Shown here: positions 61,138 through 64,000 of the stretch, piece after piece
Layout: the number at the start of each line of letters is the position of its first letter
How positions within the stretch are numbered: position 1 is the first letter of the stretch
Assembly: GCA_944390735.1 (NCBI GenBank)
Contig: CALXRL010000014.1
Coordinates: 1,441-65,440, forward strand
Reading direction: 5' to 3'
DNA length: 64,000 nucleotides
Source of the DNA: an uncultured Victivallales bacterium
Lineage (GTDB): Bacteria; Verrucomicrobiota; Lentisphaeria; Victivallales; UBA1829
The notes under the pieces: model-generated
Seen by the model: only the letters and a program-made list of their open reading frames with translations
Database searches by the model: none
Told to the model about the DNA's origin: nothing
Translations under genes and position numbers: made by a program

Positions 61138-64000
61138 ACTGCGCCGCAGCCGCGGCCGTCGTTTCTGGAGCATCGCCCTGTTTCACCTCTGCTCCGGGGA
61201 TCTCGCCGCGGTGCTGCTGCTGTTTGTGCTGGACAATCTTTCCGGATTTTCGCGGGAGTCCCGAATTCTCCTTCTGACGCTGTTTGCCGCGGGAAATCTG
61301 GTGTTTCTGACCCTTCTGATCCGGAAGGCACTCTCTCTCCGCCGATCCGACCGGGAGGATGCCGTGGAGCTCGAATCGCTCAACGGCATTCGGGACAATG
61401 CGCTGGTCAATGCCGTCTGCTTTCAGAACGATGCAGCTCTTCCCGCGCATCTGTCCGCCTATTTCTCCGAACGAGCCGATGCCTGCTGCGCTTCGATCCG
61501 CATTCCTCGCGCCTCGTCCGATCCGCGTTTCCGGAAATCGCTTCTCGGGTTCGGACTTTTCTGCGCGGTCGCACTTCTGTATCTGATCGCGTTCCGGGCC
61601 TATGCGCTGAACGCCTTTCAGCGGTTTGCAAATCCGGCGTCCGGTACGGCGTCGCTGAACTTCCCTTCGTTTGAGGTCGATCCCGGCAGCTGCCGCGTCC
61701 CGCACGGGGACAGCCTGACCATCCGGGCAAGAGCCTTCTCCAATGGACGGGAACTCTCGGATCTGAAACTTCTCATCGAAAATGGGAATCCTCCCGTGCT
61801 CTATCCGCTGGAAAACGGAGCGTTTCTTCTGAAACAGCTCACAAGAACGCTCACGTACCGGATCCGTTCCGGACGGGATTCCAGTGAACGATTCACCATC
61901 GAAGTCGTGGATCCGCCGCCCGTGCCGGAGTTCCGCATGACCGTCGTTCCGCCCGCCTCCACCGGACTCTCCCGGGAAGAGCTCACTCCGGGACAGCCGT
62001 TCCGTCATTCCGTTCCGGCAGGCAGTCTTGTCACCCTCCGCTGCGGAGGCATCCGGCCGCGTCTTTTCGTCAATGACAGGGAGCAGCCGATGGACACCCC
62101 GTTCCCTGTCCGGCAGACTCTTTCTCTGCGCATCTCCCTCCAGAACGCCGAAGGGCTTCTGTTCCGGAACGCCTGGTCCGGAGAACTCCAGAGCGTTCCG
62201 GATCGTCCTCCGGAGGTGCGTTTCCTCAATGAAAAGACAAATCTGGAAGCCGGATACGGCGAACGCATCCCGATTCGCATCTCCGCTTCGGACGATTACG
62301 GGATCGTCTCCCTCCGCTTGACCGCCGAGGTCGAAGGCCGGACCATCCCTCTCAAAGAATACCGGTATCCTTTCCCCGGAGCCCGTGTGAGAAATGAGAT
62401 CTTCCTTCTGAAAATCTCGCCGAATCTGCTTCCGGAAGGCGGTACAATAGAACTCAAAACGACAGCAGAAGACACAAAACATCAGAAAACGACAACTTCT
62501 TCCACCATTACCATTCACCATCTGGATCTGACTGCGGCGCTGAAGGAGAAACTGGCCTCAGGCGACGCCTCCCGCTGTTACGAGCATCTGTTCACCGCCT
62601 TTCGCGAGCAGACCTCCGTCCGGGACCGGATCTCGCTTCAGCTGAAAAATTTTCCCGCCCGGGAACGCGGACGGCTCTATCAGGACCAGACCCGGATCGA
62701 CAAACACATTCAGAACGCCGAGCGCGAAGGGGAAAAAGCCAACCTTCCCGCCCCCTTCCGGCTTGCGCTGAAACGTCTTTCCTCCGATTCCAATCTTCTT
62801 CTGAACGAGGTCAACGACATGCGGAAAGCTCCTTCCTCCCGGAAAATCAACACCATCGTTCTGAAGCAGACCGCCCTGATTGAAAAACTGCGGAAAATGC
62901 TCGGCGCTCTCGCCCTTCGTCAGCGGAACGAGGAGACCCGAAAGAAAAACGCCCGCGAAAACGACGCGGAAAAAGAGCTCTATGAACAGATGAAAGAGTG
63001 GAAAAAACAGCTTGAACGCTTCCGGACCGAACAGCGCAAAATCAAGTCCGATACCGAAGCCTTCGATCTGAAGAAGACCGATGACTGGAGCGAAGGCGAG
63101 GAAAAACTTCTGGGCGACCTCGCCGCCAGGGAACAGGACTGGGCTCAGTTCTTCAAAGCGGCCTTCTCCGATCTCTCCAAAAAACAGAATCAGGATTTTT
63201 CCAATTCCACCATGGCAGATGAATTCATCGAGCTCTACGAAGAGCTTCAGAAGGCGGGAAATGCTCTGAAATCGAAAAAAATTGAAATCGCAACCGTGGC
63301 GGAGGATACCGCCCTGGTCGGGGCGGAAAACGTGATCGCGAACCTCGAACGCTGGCTCTCCGACAAGCAGGATTACATCAAGTGGATCGCCGAGGAGGAC
63401 GGAAATTCCCAGGATGTCAAGCTCACCGATCTTCCGGCGGAGCTCACCGACATCATCGGCGATCTCATCGAACAGGAGGAGGAACTCTCCGAAGACACCA
63501 GCGACAGCACCAACTCCTTCTCCTATGACAGTGACGACGGACTCGGATGGGGCGTTTCCGACGGCAATATCGACAGCATGCAGGCCAAAGGCATCACCGG
63601 CAATGTCCTTCCCAACAACAACGAGGTCGGCGGCCGTTCCGGCGAGGGCCGTTCCGGACGATCCTCCGGACAGTTCGTGGAAAAGGAAGCCGGCGGAAAA
63701 GGCGGAAGAAAAACACCGACCCGCCTTGTCCAGTCCCCGTTTGAAAAAGGAACCGTCGTCGACAAGTCCAGGGATCCCCAGGGTGGCGCTTCCGGAGGAG
63801 GAAAGCAGTCCGGCGTCGGCGACGAGGGACTCAGCGGCGTCACCCCGGATCAGGACCCCGCAACCGGCGTCCGGCTCGCCGGAAATCAGGCGGAACTCCG
63901 GCAGCGGACCGAAGCCATGCTGAAACGTCTCGATGCCGCCAATCTGCCCGCCGCCGATCTGCGCGACGCTCTCGAAAAAATGCGCGCCCTCGATCGAATC
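61112..64000 (+). CDS. Very large membrane-anchored protein (>963 aa), DUF4175-like; 3' end outside the window
   Basis: Absent from the ORF track (no stop). ATG 61112 gives MNLSESLTELRRSRGRRFWSIALFHLCSGDLAAVLLLFVLDNLSG...LLLTLFAAGNLVFLTLLI (TM hairpin). 963 uninterrupted codons follow, including Ig-like stretches, coiled-coil K/E-rich segments and a G/S/D-rich low-complexity region. 26-nt overlap with the upstream gene. Confidence 0.75.
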   Translation, partial: MNLSESLTELRRSRGRRFWSIALFHLCSGDLAAVLLLFVLDNLSGFSRESRILLLTLFAAGNLVFLTLLIRKALSLRRSDREDAVELESLNGIRDNALVNAVCFQNDAALPAHLSAYFSERADACCASIRIPRASSDPRFRKSLLGFGLFCAVALLYLIAFRAYALNAFQRFANPASGTASLNFPSFEVDPGSCRVPHGDSLTIRARAFSNGRELSDLKLLIENGNPPVLYPLENGAFLLKQLTRTLTYRIRSGRDSSERFTIEVVDPPPVPEFRMTVVPPASTGLSREELTPGQPFRHSVPAGSLVTLRCGGIRPRLFVNDREQPMDTPFPVRQTLSLRISLQNAEGLLFRNAWSGELQSVPDRPPEVRFLNEKTNLEAGYGERIPIRISASDDYGIVSLRLTAEVEGRTIPLKEYRYPFPGARVRNEIFLLKISPNLLPEGGTIELKTTAEDTKHQKTTTSSTITIHHLDLTAALKEKLASGDASRCYEHLFTAFREQTSVRDRISLQLKNFPARERGRLYQDQTRIDKHIQNAEREGEKANLPAPFRLALKRLSSDSNLLLNEVNDMRKAPSSRKINTIVLKQTALIEKLRKMLGALALRQRNEETRKKNARENDAEKELYEQMKEWKKQLERFRTEQRKIKSDTEAFDLKKTDDWSEGEEKLLGDLAAREQDWAQFFKAAFSDLSKKQNQDFSNSTMADEFIELYEELQKAGNALKSKKIEIATVAEDTALVGAENVIANLERWLSDKQDYIKWIAEEDGNSQDVKLTDLPAELTDIIGDLIEQEEELSEDTSDSTNSFSYDSDDGLGWGVSDGNIDSMQAKGITGNVLPNNNEVGGRSGEGRSGRSSGQFVEKEAGGKGGRKTPTRLVQSPFEKGTVVDKSRDPQGGASGGGKQSGVGDEGLSGVTPDQDPATGVRLAGNQAELRQRTEAMLKRLDAANLPAADLRDALEKMRALDRI

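Noticed and set aside
52437-62521. Minus-strand ORFs 52437..54032, 54017..54991, 55853..57133, 59091..60218, 60367..61173 and 61118..62521
   Set aside because: Each is antisense to a gene of the plus-strand Bat-like operon that has Walker, MIDAS, signal-peptide or TM features. All are Arg-rich shadow ORFs.
1-64000. Scan for tRNA, rRNA, tmRNA, SRP RNA, IS elements, integrases, phage or defence genes
   Set aside because: I saw no GGTTCGAATCC-type T-arm, no rRNA-like conserved stretch, and no transposase, recombinase or restriction-type motif. Absence by eye is not proof; tRNAscan, Infernal and ISEScan should be run.

Overview
64-kb chromosomal segment, moderately GC-rich by eye. I found no rRNA, tRNA, CRISPR array, transposase or integrase. 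I call about 47 protein-coding genes, two of which run off the window edges and are missing from the ORF track (1-933 minus; 61112-64000 plus). Three prepilin-type N-methyl/DUF1559-like proteins, many secreted CAZymes and a MoxR-DUF58-vWA cluster suggest a PVC-superphylum genome (Lentisphaerota, Verrucomicrobiota or Planctomycetota); this is inference, not a search result. Layout: (i) 1-21.2 kb holds three adjacent glycan-utilisation operons, each with one regulator (LacI, LacI, AraC), one pseudopilin-like protein and secreted hydrolases or unknown proteins. (ii) 21.2-28 kb holds a long leader or small membrane protein plus an aquaporin, a siroheme-type sulfite/nitrite reductase homolog, a coupled SixA and CxxCxxCC Fe/Zn-domain protein, and pdxA. 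(iii) 28-33.3 kb is a minus-strand envelope operon (BamD-like, LptE-like, lipoprotein, murF, murE). (iv) 33.4-50.5 kb is housekeeping: GT4, pta, thioredoxin-like, two DUF21-CBS genes, Nif11-like plus CoA-transferase, argD-argF, topA with triple C-terminal repeats, DUF2339 plus an orphan periplasmic binding protein, a sugar-phosphate isomerase-like TIM barrel, and hypoxanthine-DNA glycosylase. (v) 50.6->64 kb is an 8-gene, translationally coupled Bat-like operon (PA14/TPR, tandem DUF4159, MoxR, DUF58, BatA_N-vWA, vWA, unknown, giant DUF4175-like). The best candidates for uncharacterised biology are the recurring regulator + pseudopilin + CAZyme architecture and the extended MoxR/vWA envelope cluster. 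All family assignments come from motif recognition by eye; no HMM or BLAST was run. Many long ORFs in the track are antisense shadow ORFs and were rejected.
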